Positions 13,076-26,110 are shown, numbered from the whole stretch's first letter. The stretch is DNA of 63,382 nt, filler included, from Octopus bimaculoides (GCF_001194135.2; 4 parts of 3 records of this genome joined end to end with filler, not necessarily neighbours in it), one strand, 5' to 3'. Notes: generated from the letters alone by a model not told the origin. A program made the numbers and translations.

Positions 13076-13627
13076 CCCTGATGCAGTACCAGACAATGGT
13101 CCTTATGGCTTCTTATCTTAACTGATTGGAGGTGCTATCATGTATGTTGTTTTGTCGCGGTATAAAAGATGGCTACAGCAAATATTCTGCTCACTACCAC
13201 AGATTTTCTTGTCAGTTGCTTGATCTTAACCAGTTGAGCATGTCCCTTAGTGGCTGACAATATGTGCATCTCTGATTACGAACAGAAGTAGTGGGGTAGC
13301 ATCATAGACATGTGTTGAGAGGAACTCTTTGGGGTTTGGATAATTCACCTTTGGAAACATGGGTATTTCGTTCGACATCCTCAAACAACTTTTATTCAAG
13401 GACCTTTCAAGGGGTATGGGCTACTCGACCTGAATAAAATTCTAACCGGGCCCCACCTGCAAGGTCATGCGCTGTTTATCTTGATATGAGACCACTATGT
13501 CACGCACATATGGTTGTGATGCATGTGCCTGGTGTACCCTTATCAGATGGGTAGTCATGATGGGTATACTGAGCTTCGTATATTTTACCCCAGTGTCACT
13601 TTGATGGTATGCACTGCTCTCTCACTC
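13072..13627 (+). mobile_element. ~555-bp non-coding element, copy 3 (most complete)
   Basis: Runs from aatgccctgatgcagtacc to ctctctcactc, with (AAT)n on both sides. Confidence 0.88.
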
Positions 13628-13700
<73 letters not shown>

Positions 13701-13703
<3 letters not shown>

Positions 13704-15281
13704 TGGGCATCTTCCAAGGTGACACGTCTTCTCCGTTACTATTTGTAATTGTACCAATACCCATGACACTTAGAAAAGTTAAGATGTGTTACCGATGTGG
13801 GAAGAAAGGCCCATCACTGAGCCATCTTCTGTTTATGGATGATCTGAAATTGTTGGGGAAATCAGAAAAAACTGATAGATTCCTTGACCAAAATAGTCCA
13901 GAAGTGTGGTAGGGACATCGGTATAGAATTTGGGATTAGCAAATGCTCAGTACTTAATATGAAAAGAGGGAAGAAAGCAGCCTGCAGAGGATTGTAGTTA
14001 CCATCAGGAGAGACCATGGGTGAACCCACCGGTAGTGGGTATAGATATTTAGGGATTTTGGAGCTGGATGACTTTCTATACAGAGAAATGAAAGTCAAGG
14101 TTAGTGAGATGTATCAAAAGAGGCTGAAGATGGTGTTGAAATCTACCCTGAATGCCAAAAATTTGATTACCGCAATTCATATCTGGGCAGTTGCGGTGGT
14201 CAGATATAGTGTGTCCATCCTCAAATGGACTAAGGATGAAATATCAACACTGAACAGAAGGACGAGAAAGTTGATGACGCTGCATGGATCACTACACCCT
14301 AAAGCAAACGTAAACAGACTGTATATGAAACGAAAGAATGGTGGCAGAGGACTAATTAGTATAGACCATTGTATAAGGAGTGAAAGGAGAACGCTTGCTG
14401 AGTATTTGACAAATAGTGATGAAGACCTGCTGCAACATGCCGCGAAAGATATGGGTGTAAATGCAGATGAAATGATGGGCAAGGAGGAGTTTAACTAAAG
14501 AGCTGAGGAGAAGAGAAAAGAAGACCTTGAAAAGAGAATGCATGGACAGTTTGAAAGGAATGCACAGGACGTTAAGGATAATACAGCATCGTGGGCATGG
14601 CTTGAGTGAGGTGATTTGAAGTGTACCATATACTGGTGATTTGCTGCACAAGACCAGGTTCTCGCTACCAAATCAGTGAAGTATAACATCTATAAAACTT
14701 CTGACACCCAGAAATGCAGACTCTGTGGAAAGGCTGTGGAAAATGTGATCCACTTGGTAAATGGATGTGAGAGCCTTGCACAAAAAGTATACAAGCACCA
14801 CCACGATAAAATGTGTGTGTATCTCCATTGTCTCTTATGCCATAAATACCAATATGAAGTAACAGAAAACTGGTATGAGCATGTACCAAGTAAAGTTATG
14901 CAGGAGGATAGAAAAGTAACGATATTCTGGGACTCTGATTTTCAGATGGATCGTATAAACGAACACTGTCGGCCGGATATTGTCATGTTGAGTAAGAGAG
15001 ACAAATACTGTCAGATCATTGATGTAGCCATACCAAATGACACGAGTGTTGTGAGTAAAGAAGTTGAAAAGATCACCAAGTACTCTGAGTTGAAAGTGGA
15101 AATGGCAAGACCGTATGGAATACGAGAGGGTAATATGAAAGTGATACCAGTGGTGATCGGAGTGTTGGGTTCAATCGCATTGAAACTTCGAGACTTCTTA
15201 AGGCAACTGGAAATCCCATGCAAGATTGATGTCTTGCAAAAAACAGCCTTATTGGGCACAGCACACATCTTAAGGAAAGTT
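13701..15281 (+). mobile_element. R4/Dong-like retrotransposon, 3' 1.6 kb (RT C-half, CCHC, REL); frameshifted
   Basis: GIFQGDTSSPLLF; HLLFMDDLKL; YRYLGI; HPKANVNRLYMKRKNGGRGL; CRLCGKAVENVIHLVNGC; HHDKM; RPDIV...IIDVAIP...EKITKYSEL; LGTAHILRKV. Starts immediately after (AAT)n at 13628-13700. Confidence 0.95.
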
Positions 15282-15584
15282 GCTTTGTTGCTGGCACTTC
15301 GTCGCTTACGACGTCGAGGGTTCCAGTTGATCCGATCAACGGAACAGCCTGCTCGTGAAATTAACGTGCAAGTGGCTGAGCACTCCACAGACACGTGTAC
15401 CCTTAACGTAGTTCTCGGGGATATTCAGCGTGACACAGTGTGACAAGGCTGACCCTTTGAAATACAGGCATAACAGAAACAGGAAGTAAGAGTGAGAGAA
15501 AGTTGTGGTGAAAGAATACAGCAAGGTTCGCCACTATCTCCTGCCGGAGCCTCGTGGAGCTTTAGGTGTTTTCGCTCAATAAAC
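15282..15584 (-). mobile_element. retroposon 3' part with an RTE-like (CAA)n tail
   Basis: Minus strand ends ...gaaccctcgacgtcgtaagcgacgaagtgccagcaacaaa; it replaces the Dong 3' UTR; its 5' part runs into a gap. Confidence 0.6.
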
Positions 15585-16711
15585 NNNNNNNNNNNNNNNN
15601 NNNNNNNNNNNNNNNNNNNNNNNNNNNNNNNNNNNNNNNNNNNNNNNNNNNNNNNNNNNNNNNNNNNNNNNNNNNNNNNNNNNNNNNNNNNNNNNNNNNN
15701 NNNNNNNNNNNNNNNNNNNNNNNNNNNNNNNNNNNNNNNNNNNNNNNNNNNNNNNNNNNNNNNNNNNNNNNNNNNNNNNNNNNNNNNNNNNNNNNNNNNN
15801 NNNNNNNNNNNNNNNNNNNNNNNNNNNNNNNNNNNNNNNNNNNNNNNNNNNNNNNNNNNNNNNNNNNNNNNNNNNNNNNNNNNNNNNNNNNNNNNNNNNN
15901 NNNNNNNNNNNNNNNNNNNNNNNNNNNNNNNNNNNNNNNNNNNNNNNNNNNNNNNNNNNNNNNNNNNNNNNNNNNNNNNNNNNNNNNNNNNNNNNNNNNN
16001 NNNNNNNNNNNNNNNNNNNNNNNNNNNNNNNNNNNNNNNNNNNNNNNNNNNNNNNNNNNNNNNNNNNNNNNNNNNNNNNNNNNNNNNNNNNNNNNNNNNN
16101 NNNNNNNNNNNNNNNNNNNNNNNNNNNNNNNNNNNNNNNNNNNNNNNNNNNNNNNNNNNNNNNNNNNNNNNNNNNNNNNNNNNNNNNNNNNNNNNNNNNN
16201 NNNNNNNNNNNNNNNNNNNNNNNNNNNNNNNNNNNNNNNNNNNNNNNNNNNNNNNNNNNNNNNNNNNNNNNNNNNNNNNNNNNNNNNNNNNNNNNNNNNN
16301 NNNNNNNNNNNNNNNNNNNNNNNNNNNNNNNNNNNNNNNNNNNNNNNNNNNNNNNNNNNNNNNNNNNNNNNNNNNNNNNNNNNNNNNNNNNNNNNNNNNN
16401 NNNNNNNNACAAACAATCCCTTAAGAAATTTAACAAAATTACGTTGTGATAGTAACAACGACAACGGTAAAATATTAATATAGCACCAACACTTACAAAC
16501 ATAATTAGTGTGTATTTTTGCCTAAATGGATGGAATGGAATGAAGAGGTAGAGGCGTTTTTTTAAAAAATATTCTTTTAGAAATCTTTGATTAAAATCGT
16601 GACTTTGTAAATAAAGAATCATTTTTTACTGTTTATCTATTAATCTATCTATCCATCTATCTATGTATCTATGATATTTAATTTATAAATTCAAAAGTTA
16701 CCTTTTTTTTT

Positions 16712-16830
16712 TTTTACCTATTACCTGTTTCAGTCAAAGAACTGCAGGTATGCTGGGACACCGTCTTGAAGGATTTAGTTGAACAAATTGACTCTAGTAC
16801 TTGTTTTGAAAGTCAGATACTTATTCCATG
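16712..16830 (-). mobile_element. SINE family B, 3' fragment
   Basis: tgtttcagtca...atgctggga caccgtcttgaagg...gaacaaattgac matches the family B tail. Confidence 0.6.
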
Positions 16831-19189
16831 AGATTAAAAAGTTAGTCGGGTACAGAGCGTAGTATGAAATTAAATAAAATGACAAAGAAACAGGAAATTA
16901 GGCTATGAATTTCATTAACTTACAGCTGTTTCTGCTATATAATGCGGTGCACACAGAATTAAGTCTTTGTGCCTCACCTTATTAGCTTACTCTGAGATTC
17001 AAAAATTATGCGTAAATATTTTTTTTTTAGACGTTGATCCTTTCCAAGTAATGTAAATGCTTTCACAAATCAACTTGCATTTAATTTTTGAAGCTCCGAG
17101 GAAGCTATAACGTGATACAGAAGCACTCAGCTCTGAGTATATTGCGTCTTATAGCAGAAACAATTGTAAGCTAATGAAGTCTATTGCATAACTTCCTGTT
17201 CCTTTGTCATTAAATTTCATATATATACATATATATAAATAGCAAATAGAATATGTAAACATAGTGCAGAGTAGTTTTGAAAAAAAGATAGAGTCTCTTA
17301 CAACTGCTTCTAGAATAGCCAAGTATGTGGATCACAATATTGAGTAAGCATTCCATAAACTAAGCTAAGAGAGCAAGAACCAAGTAAATATAGAGACGAA
17401 AAACTTCAATCAAGGATATTAGTATTTTCCAGTTCGTCGAGAAATGAAGGAAGGCTCAAAGTAAAAAAAAGGATTTAGGTTTTGTAGTTCTTTGGTTTGC
17501 GGGAGCAACTGTTTTCTCGAATGCACATATTGTCGTAATTGCTCGAAATGTGGAGTAGATAAACAGCCGAGAACTGATGAATGGTCGCTCATCATGTTAC
17601 TTGTCTTGTTTTTCCATTTGTTTCTTTCGTTGCTCGCAAAAAAGTTCGTATTCCATGTTTTCTTATTTCGTATTTCATGTTGTTTACGTTTTGTGACGTT
17701 CTGTACCCATATATGCATAAATATATATATATATATGTTAGTGTGTACATATATGTATGTATATATGCCTATATATATATTTTATTTATTTTATTATATG
17801 ACTGAACGCCACGCATCCATTTCCAAGTAAGTATATCTATATATGTATACACACACACGCGCGCGCGCACACACACACACATATATATATCTGTCTGTCT
17901 ATCTATATTATTTTCCATACAACATTCTGTGATGTATTTGAACAATTCTCAGTGATGTTTTCCGGTGACATTGTGTGCTTCGGATCCTTCAACATTAGAC
18001 ACCCTCACTCAGATGACTCAGCCGGGGTCGATCACGCCCATCTAGTGTTCAGTTCGCACCAATTCTGGTGGTACTTCCCCTTTCAGGGCTCACACCTCCT
18101 CATGCGCAGCCAACTTCAGTGTAGTTTTGCCTACTAGCCTCTATAATGCCAACCACGTTCTAAGCTCTGCCGAGGGATTGGTATGTGAAAACTATGCGTG
18201 CATGCATTCATGCATGCAACCATCCATCCATCCATTCATCCATTCATCCGTTCGTCCGTCCGTCCGTCCATCCATTCATCTATCCATCCATCCGTCCGTC
18301 CGTCCATATACACAGGACAGGCATACACAATTTTTTCTACATTTCATCTATACTATTTTTCTGTTACTGTGTAAGTATGTAGCGCATAAATATGGAATGC
18401 AATGTAAAACGTAATTAATATCACACTGACAACGTATATATATGTGTAAGACAATTGACGGACAAACTACGGAACGACATCGAAAACATAATCTATTATA
18501 CACGCAGCGTTTATTCACAAGATAATCGGTATACTCTATTATAGACACAATATTATATTGTGTATGTTATCGGTAAGACAATTGATTCGGAAATAGATAT
18601 TTTAAATTAAGTATGATATGTGTATGTATGCATATATGTATACATATATACATACATATATACCTACATATATACATAATACATAAATACGTGTATCTAT
18701 AGAGGTTGTTACGTACATTATTCTTTCAATAGTTTCAATGATTTCATTAACTTAGTTCCAATGAGAAAAGGAAAAGAAGTGAAACAGTATTTGATCATGT
18801 ACAACTGTATGTAGTTCTTTCTGAAGTGCATTCACTTCTTCGATAAGTAAATGAATAAAAACAAACACATACACATTGAGTGTCTACAAAAATGTTGAAT
18901 TTTAATTTATATGCCTAATGGTTACGTCATGCTGCCGATTTCAAATAAGGATGAAATGGTGCTACTCATGTTTATTTATGATTAAAATTTAATATCTTTG
19001 TAATGAGTAGAAAAAGTATTAAACATGTACATTCTGTGTATCTTCTTCGCTACTCTTCCATTTGACATTAAAACTTCTAACTCCATCAAGATTAATTTAG
19101 ATGTGCTTATCTCTCTTACAGAAACTACTGTCAAGTCATATAAAAATAACTAACTTTTAAGGTAGAATAAGTGATCAATATATCATGTA

Positions 19190-19270
19190 TATTCTTTTAT
19201 TCTTTTATTTGTGTCAGTCATCTGACCGTGGCCATGCTGGAGCACCGCATTTTAGTCGAACAAATCGACC

Positions 19271-19272
<2 letters not shown>
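19190..19272 (-). mobile_element. SINE family B, 3' fragment
   Basis: ggccatgctggagcaccgc...tagtcgaacaaatcgacccc. Confidence 0.7.
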
Positions 19273-19313
<41 letters not shown>

Positions 19314-19427
19314 CATAGAAAAACATGTAATCGTTACCAATATAGCAAGAGATTTCACCGCATAAAAGTCTAAAATAGACTCCTTAAGGATCGTTCTCCT
19401 TGGTTATATATCTAAAGTTTTAAATTT

Positions 19428-21040
19428 AAAAGACAGTTTTGACGCTAATATCCATTATTATTGAAATTTATTCCTATGTCAACATTTCTGTATAAGGCTA
19501 TATTTGACTGTGAAATTTAAGTCAAACATATAATTTGCTTTACACGTCTTCAGGGAAATAAATTTAAGAACAAACAAACAAAAAATCAAGAACAAGAGGT
19601 AAATACCAAGACATCGTCTCTAAGTCCAGTCCATATTCAAATTTGTCGTTAAATGACACGTTAAATAAGTTCCTTCTTAAACAAAGGTCCATTAAGGGGA
19701 GACAACCCCTCATAATACTATCAATAATATTAATAATATTAAATTTGACAGTTGAATATAGCCTTATACAGAAATGTTGACATAGGAATAAATTTCAATA
19801 ATAATGGATATTAGCTTCAAAACTCTCTTTATATATATATATATATAAAATATAACTAAAATAACAAATACCGTATTTTTTAAAGTATTAGAATAAGGTC
19901 ACATTGGAAAGAAAGACAGGTGAGATATTTACATTCAAATCGAGCTGAAAAAATATTACTCGTATTATTCATTTATTTATTAATGACAATAATAATTGAA
20001 GGGATATAGGAAGAATACATGTCAAAAATATATTTTTTATTGGACTCTTTTATTCCCTTTTATCGGGACTACGGCCATGCTGGGACACTACCTTGAAGGG
20101 TTTTAGTGGAACAAATCAACCTCAGTACTTATTTTTTAATGTCTGGTTTTTATTTTAGCGGTTGAAACACAAAGTTACAGGACGTAAACAAGCCAACTCC
20201 AGTTACCAAGCTGTGGTGAGGTATAACACACACACACACACATACAAATATATTTGTATATATAGTAACAAGCTCACTAATAAAGAACATTTCAACAAGA
20301 ATAACTAAATTATCAGCCAATAAGAATATTTTCTAAATAAACGGAAACTGCTATAACCTAGCACTTAGGAAAGCGGGATATAAAGATAAACTAAAGTTTA
20401 ATAAGTCAAATAACGAATCTGATTTAAATAGTAATTTTGATAAGGCAAATGTAAAATCTAGTACTATAAATAAATTTACTTACAAGAAAAATGGTAATGG
20501 AAAATTTAAATCAAATATAGAAGTTAATAAAATAACAAGAGTAGGGGATTTTAATAAAGTAAATAATCAAATGAACTATTATAATTCAAACAAAAGGTAA
20601 AATTATAAGATAGTTGGAAACCGAGTTAAAAATTCTCGGCTACTAATAACATCTCGAATTCTTTTAGTATAAAGACAACTAAAAGATTTAAAGATAAAAT
20701 AAACGCTAACTTGAAAATGGGTCGAAATCAGAGAATAATTACTCCTTCAAAAAAAACAAAAAAGACAAAAGAAAAAACGGGTAAAGACATCAAGACTATG
20801 ACCTTGACTCGAAGAATATTTTATGGTTAATTATTCCATTTGGCAAACAAGTAAATTACAATGTGTCCAAATTATTCAATATAGCAATTGAAAAATATTT
20901 TCCAATCAATCATAAATATTATAGAATTTTTAATAAGCATAAGATTCGCATGGCTTATTGACTTAGCAAAAATATTGCACAAATTATAGCAACACATAAC
21001 GTAAAAGTAATACTGAAATTTCAAAAAGCTATCATAAACA
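19428..21040 (+). mobile_element. Penelope-like element remnant: inverted stub, endonuclease C-terminal repeat, RT-thumb/linker
   Basis: 19540-19830 encodes ...IVSKSSPYSNL...LIQKC*HRNKF, and its distal ~95 bp is inverted at 19428-19520. 20262-20400 reads LIKNISTRITKLSANKNIF*...YNLALRKAGYKDKL. 20810-21010 reads RRILWLIIPFGKQV...IEKYFPINHKYYRIFNKHKIRMAY*LSKNIAQIIATHN. Interrupted by a SINE at 20045-20240. Confidence 0.7.
20045..20240 (-). mobile_element. SINE family B, 3' half
   Basis: ggccatgctggga...ccttgaagg...gaacaaatcaac...cagtacttat...gacgtaaacaagcca. Confidence 0.7.
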
Positions 21041-21101
21041 GAGTAGCATAGTAAATATTAAGCATGAAATAAAAGCTCATATAGAAGAGGACATATATAT
21101 T

Positions 21102-21371
21102 AGGAGTGGCTGTGTGGTAAGTAGCTTGCTTACCAACCACATGGTTCCGGGTTCAGTCCCACTGCGTGGCACCTTGGGCAAGTGTCTTCTACTATAGCCT
21201 CGGGCCGACCAAAGCCTTGTGAGTGGATTTGGTAGACGGAAACTGAAAGAAGCCTGTCGTATATATGTGTATATATGTATGTGTGTGTATATGTTTGCGT
21301 GTCTGTGTTTGTCCCCCCAACATCACTTGACAACCGATTCTGGTGTGTTTACGTCCCCGTAACTTAGCGGT
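21102..21371 (+). mobile_element. SINE family B, 5' part (runs into a gap)
   Basis: ggagtggctgtgtggtaagtagcttgc...ggttccgggttcagtccc tRNA-like head; near-identical to the 26315 copy. Confidence 0.9.
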
Positions 21372-22075
21372 NNNNNNNNNNNNNNNNNNNNNNNNNNNNN
21401 NNNNNNNNNNNNNNNNNNNNNNNNNNNNNNNNNNNNNNNNNNNNNNNNNNNNNNNNNNNNNNNNNNNNNNNNNNNNNNNNNNNNNNNNNNNNNNNNNNNN
21501 NNNNNNNNNNNNNNNNNNNNNNNNNNNNNNNNNNNNNNNNNNNNNNNNNNNNNNNNNNNNNNNNNNNNNNNNNNNNNNNNNNNNNNNNNNNNNNNNNNNN
21601 NNNNNNNNNNNNNNNNNNNNNNNNNNNNNNNNNNNNNNNNNNNNNNNNNNNNNNNNNNNNNNNNNNNNNNNNNNNNNNNNNNNNNNNNNNNNNNNNNNNN
21701 NNNNNNNNNNNNNNNNNNNNNNNNNNNNNNNNNNNNNNNNNNNNNNNNNNNNNNNNNNNNNNNNNNNNNNNNNNNNNNNNNNNNNNNNNNNNNNNNNNNN
21801 NNNNNNNNNNNNNNNNNNNNNNNNNNNNNNNNNNNNNNNNNNNNNNNNNNNNNNNNNNNNNNNNNNNNNNNNNNNNNNNNNNNNNNNNNNNNNNNNNNNN
21901 NNNNNNNNNNNNNNNNNNNNNNNNNNNNNNNNNNNNNNNNNNNNNNNNNNNNNNNNNNNNNNNNNNNNNNNNNNNNNNNNNNNNNNNNNNNNNNNNNNNN
22001 NNNNNNNNNNNNNNNNNNNNNNNNNNNNNNNNNNNNNNNNNNNNNNNNNNNNNNNNNNNNNNNNNNNNNNNNNNN

Positions 22076-22109
<34 letters not shown>

Positions 22110-22116
<7 letters not shown>

Positions 22117-22290
22117 CGCACAAACACACGACGGGTTTCTTTCTATCTACCAGACCAAATTCACTCACTAGCTTTTGGTCGGAATGAGCTATAGTAGAAG
22201 GAATTTGCCCAAAATGCTGCGCAGTAGGACTGAAACTGGAACCAATTGGTTTGGAAGCAAACTTCTTACCACACATTCTCGATTGCGCCT
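22110..22290 (-). mobile_element. SINE family B, 5' part
   Basis: Reverse complement reads gtgtggtaagaagtttgcttcc...ggttccagtttcagtcctactgcgcagc...ggtagatagaaagaaacccgtcg. Confidence 0.75.
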
Positions 22291-22540
22291 TATTACCATT
22301 GTTCTTACTGATGATGTTAATGTTATATCTGTTGTTCTTGTTTCTCCCACTCATATTGTTGTTGTTGCTGCTGTTGCCATTGCCAGCTCTTAAACCATCA
22401 ACGTAGTTGACTTATTATTGTCGAGATGCCTAGCTAAATGCACGCTTAATGAGAATCGCCAGGCCATAAATTTCCTAGACAGAGATCTCTGGCAATCAGT
22501 GTCTCCTATAGATGTACACGCGCGCGCGCGCAACACACAC

Positions 22541-22574
<34 letters not shown>

Positions 22575-22719
22575 TACACACACACATACACATACCTATG
22601 CATGTACACACATGTATGTATGTATGTATATATATAGAGAGAGATAGATTGTGAAATAGAAACTATACACACATAAACATACACACACACACACACACAC
22701 TCATACACACACACAGACA

Positions 22720-22765
<46 letters not shown>

Positions 22766-22857
22766 CATACACACACATATGCACACACATATATATACAT
22801 ATCTAAATATATATGCATGTATATATGCATATATATACATACATACATATATACATA

Positions 22858-22924
<67 letters not shown>

Positions 22925-23839
22925 TCTCATACTGGATATATGCGACGCAGTAAATTTTCTCTGCAGACATATTACTGAAATTAGCGCGCCAAAACGAAGA
23001 CTTTTGAATTTTACCATTAAGCTGTAATTAGCAGAACCATATACACTCGCACCTATGGCGGTGGGCAACTTTGTATGGGGTTCTGATGATTATGGTTCCA
23101 TTACAAATCAGGCTGATGAGAAATAGACAGTCGGTAAGATTGTTAAAATTCGAAACCGGTCCCTGTTTAATAATGTTCCTTTTCGGTTTTTTTAAATGTC
23201 TTGCCCGCTTACGTTTTGGTATCACGCTATATTTCATGTTGAGAAAAATTTAGGTCTTTTTAGACACAAGATGTGATCTATTTCTAGCACATTGTATGTC
23301 CACGTTAGTGGTGAACGTCATATATAAAAATATATACATATATATATATATATATATAAACATATATATACATACATACACACACATATATAATGAAAAT
23401 TGGGATTCAAAGAATGAAACGGACCTCACAGTAAGCATCTCGTCAAGGGTGTGGCTATCGAGAAAAACTGTATTAAGGAAAGAATGTACCCTCGTTCTGA
23501 AAATCCAGGAATACACGCGCGCGCGCGCACACACACACACACACACCCTCACACACACCCTCACACATACCCTCACACGCACGCACGCACGCACGTAGAA
23601 GAATCAAGAAAAAGATGAAGATTGTATTGATACATTCATTGAAGATTAGGATCGTTTCAAATAGCTAGAGGCTTAGTTTTCTCGCTATACATTGCTTTGC
23701 ATACATAATTCACCAATTAATTGATTAATTGCAGAGCGAATCACAGACATGCCTAACTCAACCACTGCTGATACAATGCACGATGTATTGCACTTACGTA
23801 CTATATGTCTATATGTACATACATACATGTATGTATACA

Positions 23840-23874
<35 letters not shown>

Positions 23875-23956
23875 ACATATACATATGTGTATATATATAT
23901 ATATGTGTGTGTGTGCAGATATATATCTATGTATATATGTATATGTATGTATGTAC

Positions 23957-24002
<46 letters not shown>

Positions 24003-24012
24003 NNNNNNNNNN

Positions 24013-24056
<44 letters not shown>

Positions 24057-24848
24057 TATATATATATATCACCAGGCGTTACCTCAACATATGAGGTCAC
24101 GGTAGCATTTTCGATGGTGGTGGTCGTGGTCGTCGTATTTGTAGAGATGATGATGGTGGTGATAATCATGACAATGATGATGATTATGACGACGACGTCG
24201 ACGACGATGCAGGCGACGATGATGAAGACAACGACCTATGGTGTCGACTAAGAGGAAGGGGTGGATGCGGAGGTATAAATGGTAGAGGTGGTGGCAGTGT
24301 TGCTGGTAGGAGTAGGGGAATATGATATAAAGAAGAGGCAGGATAATGATGAGGGTGATGAAAGAGGTATGAGGGCAAAGGTGATGTTGAAGACAATCGT
24401 GATTAACAAGATTTATCAGACTAATGAGCTATATCTAAGGGATATAAATTATATAATGCATTTCATTCATCAACTGGCGCCCACACTCACACCCACCCTT
24501 CCTCATCCTTTTCCTCCTCTACGCCCATTCATTGTCCTTAGCTATGACTTCGGTGATCTTTCACACACAACTAATATACTGTCTCGTATGAAATTATTAA
24601 TTATTTTGAGGGTCCTTTCTTCCCTTACTTCGGCAAAGACGGGGAAAGAAAGCTACGATGTTGGGGTTTAAAATAAAACTGAAACATACCTGGAATTGTC
24701 TCCTGTATTTGTCGAAAAAACGTAAAACGATATTAGTTCGTGAATGTTGTTTTCGGTTTTCTTTTCCCTCGCTGCGTAATTATTTTTGAACAATTTTTTA
24801 ATACACTCTGTATTAAATAGGATACAACCATTTTAATAATTGTTATAT

Positions 24849-24993
24849 AGGCGTTGGTATGGTTGTGTGGTTAAGAATTTCGTTTGTAACCTCATGGTTT
24901 CGGGTTTTGTACTACTACGCAGCACCTACAGCGGTAGGTCGACCAATGCCTTGTGAGTGAAGTCGGCAGACAGAAACTGTGAGGAAACCCGTC

Positions 24994-25072
<79 letters not shown>

Positions 25073-25316
25073 AATATGTATGTATGTATGTATGTATGTT
25101 TGTGTGTGTATGTATGTCTTTGTGTCTGTGTTTCTTTCTGACTGCTTGACTAACGTTATTGGTTTGTTTACATCCTCGTAACTTAGTAGCTACGATAGAA
25201 TATTTGCCACACTTGAAAAATAAGCACCGAGGTCATACTATCCGACTAAAATACTTCAGCGTGGTGCTCCAGCACAGACTCAAGTCAATGACTGAAGTAA
25301 AAAAAAAAAAAAAAAA
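24849..25316 (+). mobile_element. SINE family B, full length, diverged
   Basis: Head, internal (TA)n/(TG)n, gtggtgctccagca...gactgaag, then an A-tail. Confidence 0.75.
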
Positions 25317-25351
25317 GATAAACAGCATCTGTGGAGGCATACATACCGATC

Positions 25352-25537
25352 AATGACCAGAATGCGCTCTAAGTTTTAACGTTCTAGCTCACTTCTGCTG
25401 TTTACAGCAGTGCTTGGAAGGAACGTGTGATCGTTGCATGCGTGACGTTCAAGGTCAATCTGTGCGAAGCGGCTTCACTCTGCGTGCTTCAGCTTCGTAA
25501 CTATGGCAACAGCCCGGATACTTATTGATCAGACCTA
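25352..25537 (-). mobile_element. probable mariner-derived non-autonomous fragment
   Basis: Minus strand begins ta-ggtctgatcaataagtatccgg, a mariner-type terminal repeat; no partner TIR found. Confidence 0.4.
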
Positions 25538-25746
25538 GTATGTATCTGACTTTGAAAAAGTTAAAAGAGATCCTGTTATACCGAAATAAAGGTAGGTTGG
25601 TTGTTAGGCTGGCGTTTCCTATGCGTTATAAACTCAATATTAGTATAAGATGCAGATGGAGAGTATTGGTGGATCTGGTCAGCTCTGTGCATGATGACGT
25701 CTCTGAGATCACTAATCTACGATGACCCCAGGCTCATCTAGCAAGA

Positions 25747-25887
25747 GATATTTATTTATTTATTGATGCATTCTGGTCATTGATCGGTATATGAATAATT
25801 GATTTTGTCTGTATTTCTGAGATGTGGAATTTTCATTATTATAGACTGATATATTCGGACTGGTGTACTCATCTTGGTTGTTAGAAT
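25747..25887. repeat. ~140-bp local direct repeat, copy 1
   Basis: Nearly identical to 26744-26888. Confidence 0.9.
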
Positions 25888-25959
25888 CGTAGCAAGCAAG
25901 TAAAAAGCAGTATAGATGAAGCTAGAAATTTGGGCCTGAAGATTCTCTTGGATGTTGGC

Positions 25960-26110
25960 TTGCGGTCTTTAGGTCGTGAGCTCGAGTGACCGAGTGATGC
26001 GTTGCGTCCTTGAGCATGGCACTTTATTTCATACTTTTCCAGTACACGTAATTGAAAGTAGGTACTGGTGACAAGTGAGATTCAACCTACGATGGACTAA
26101 CGTTCAAGAG
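25960..26110 (-). mobile_element. degenerate SINE family C-like copy
   Basis: Reverse complement contains aaataaagtgccatgctcaaggacgcaacgc...gagctcacgacct. Confidence 0.4.

Noticed and set aside
17950-18185. GC-richer stretch with splice-like ends
   Set aside because: All frames are interrupted and no motif could be assigned; probably a decayed repeat.
24100-24520. Asp/Val/Met-rich ORFs
   Set aside because: Degenerate (GAT)/(GGT) trinucleotide mosaic.
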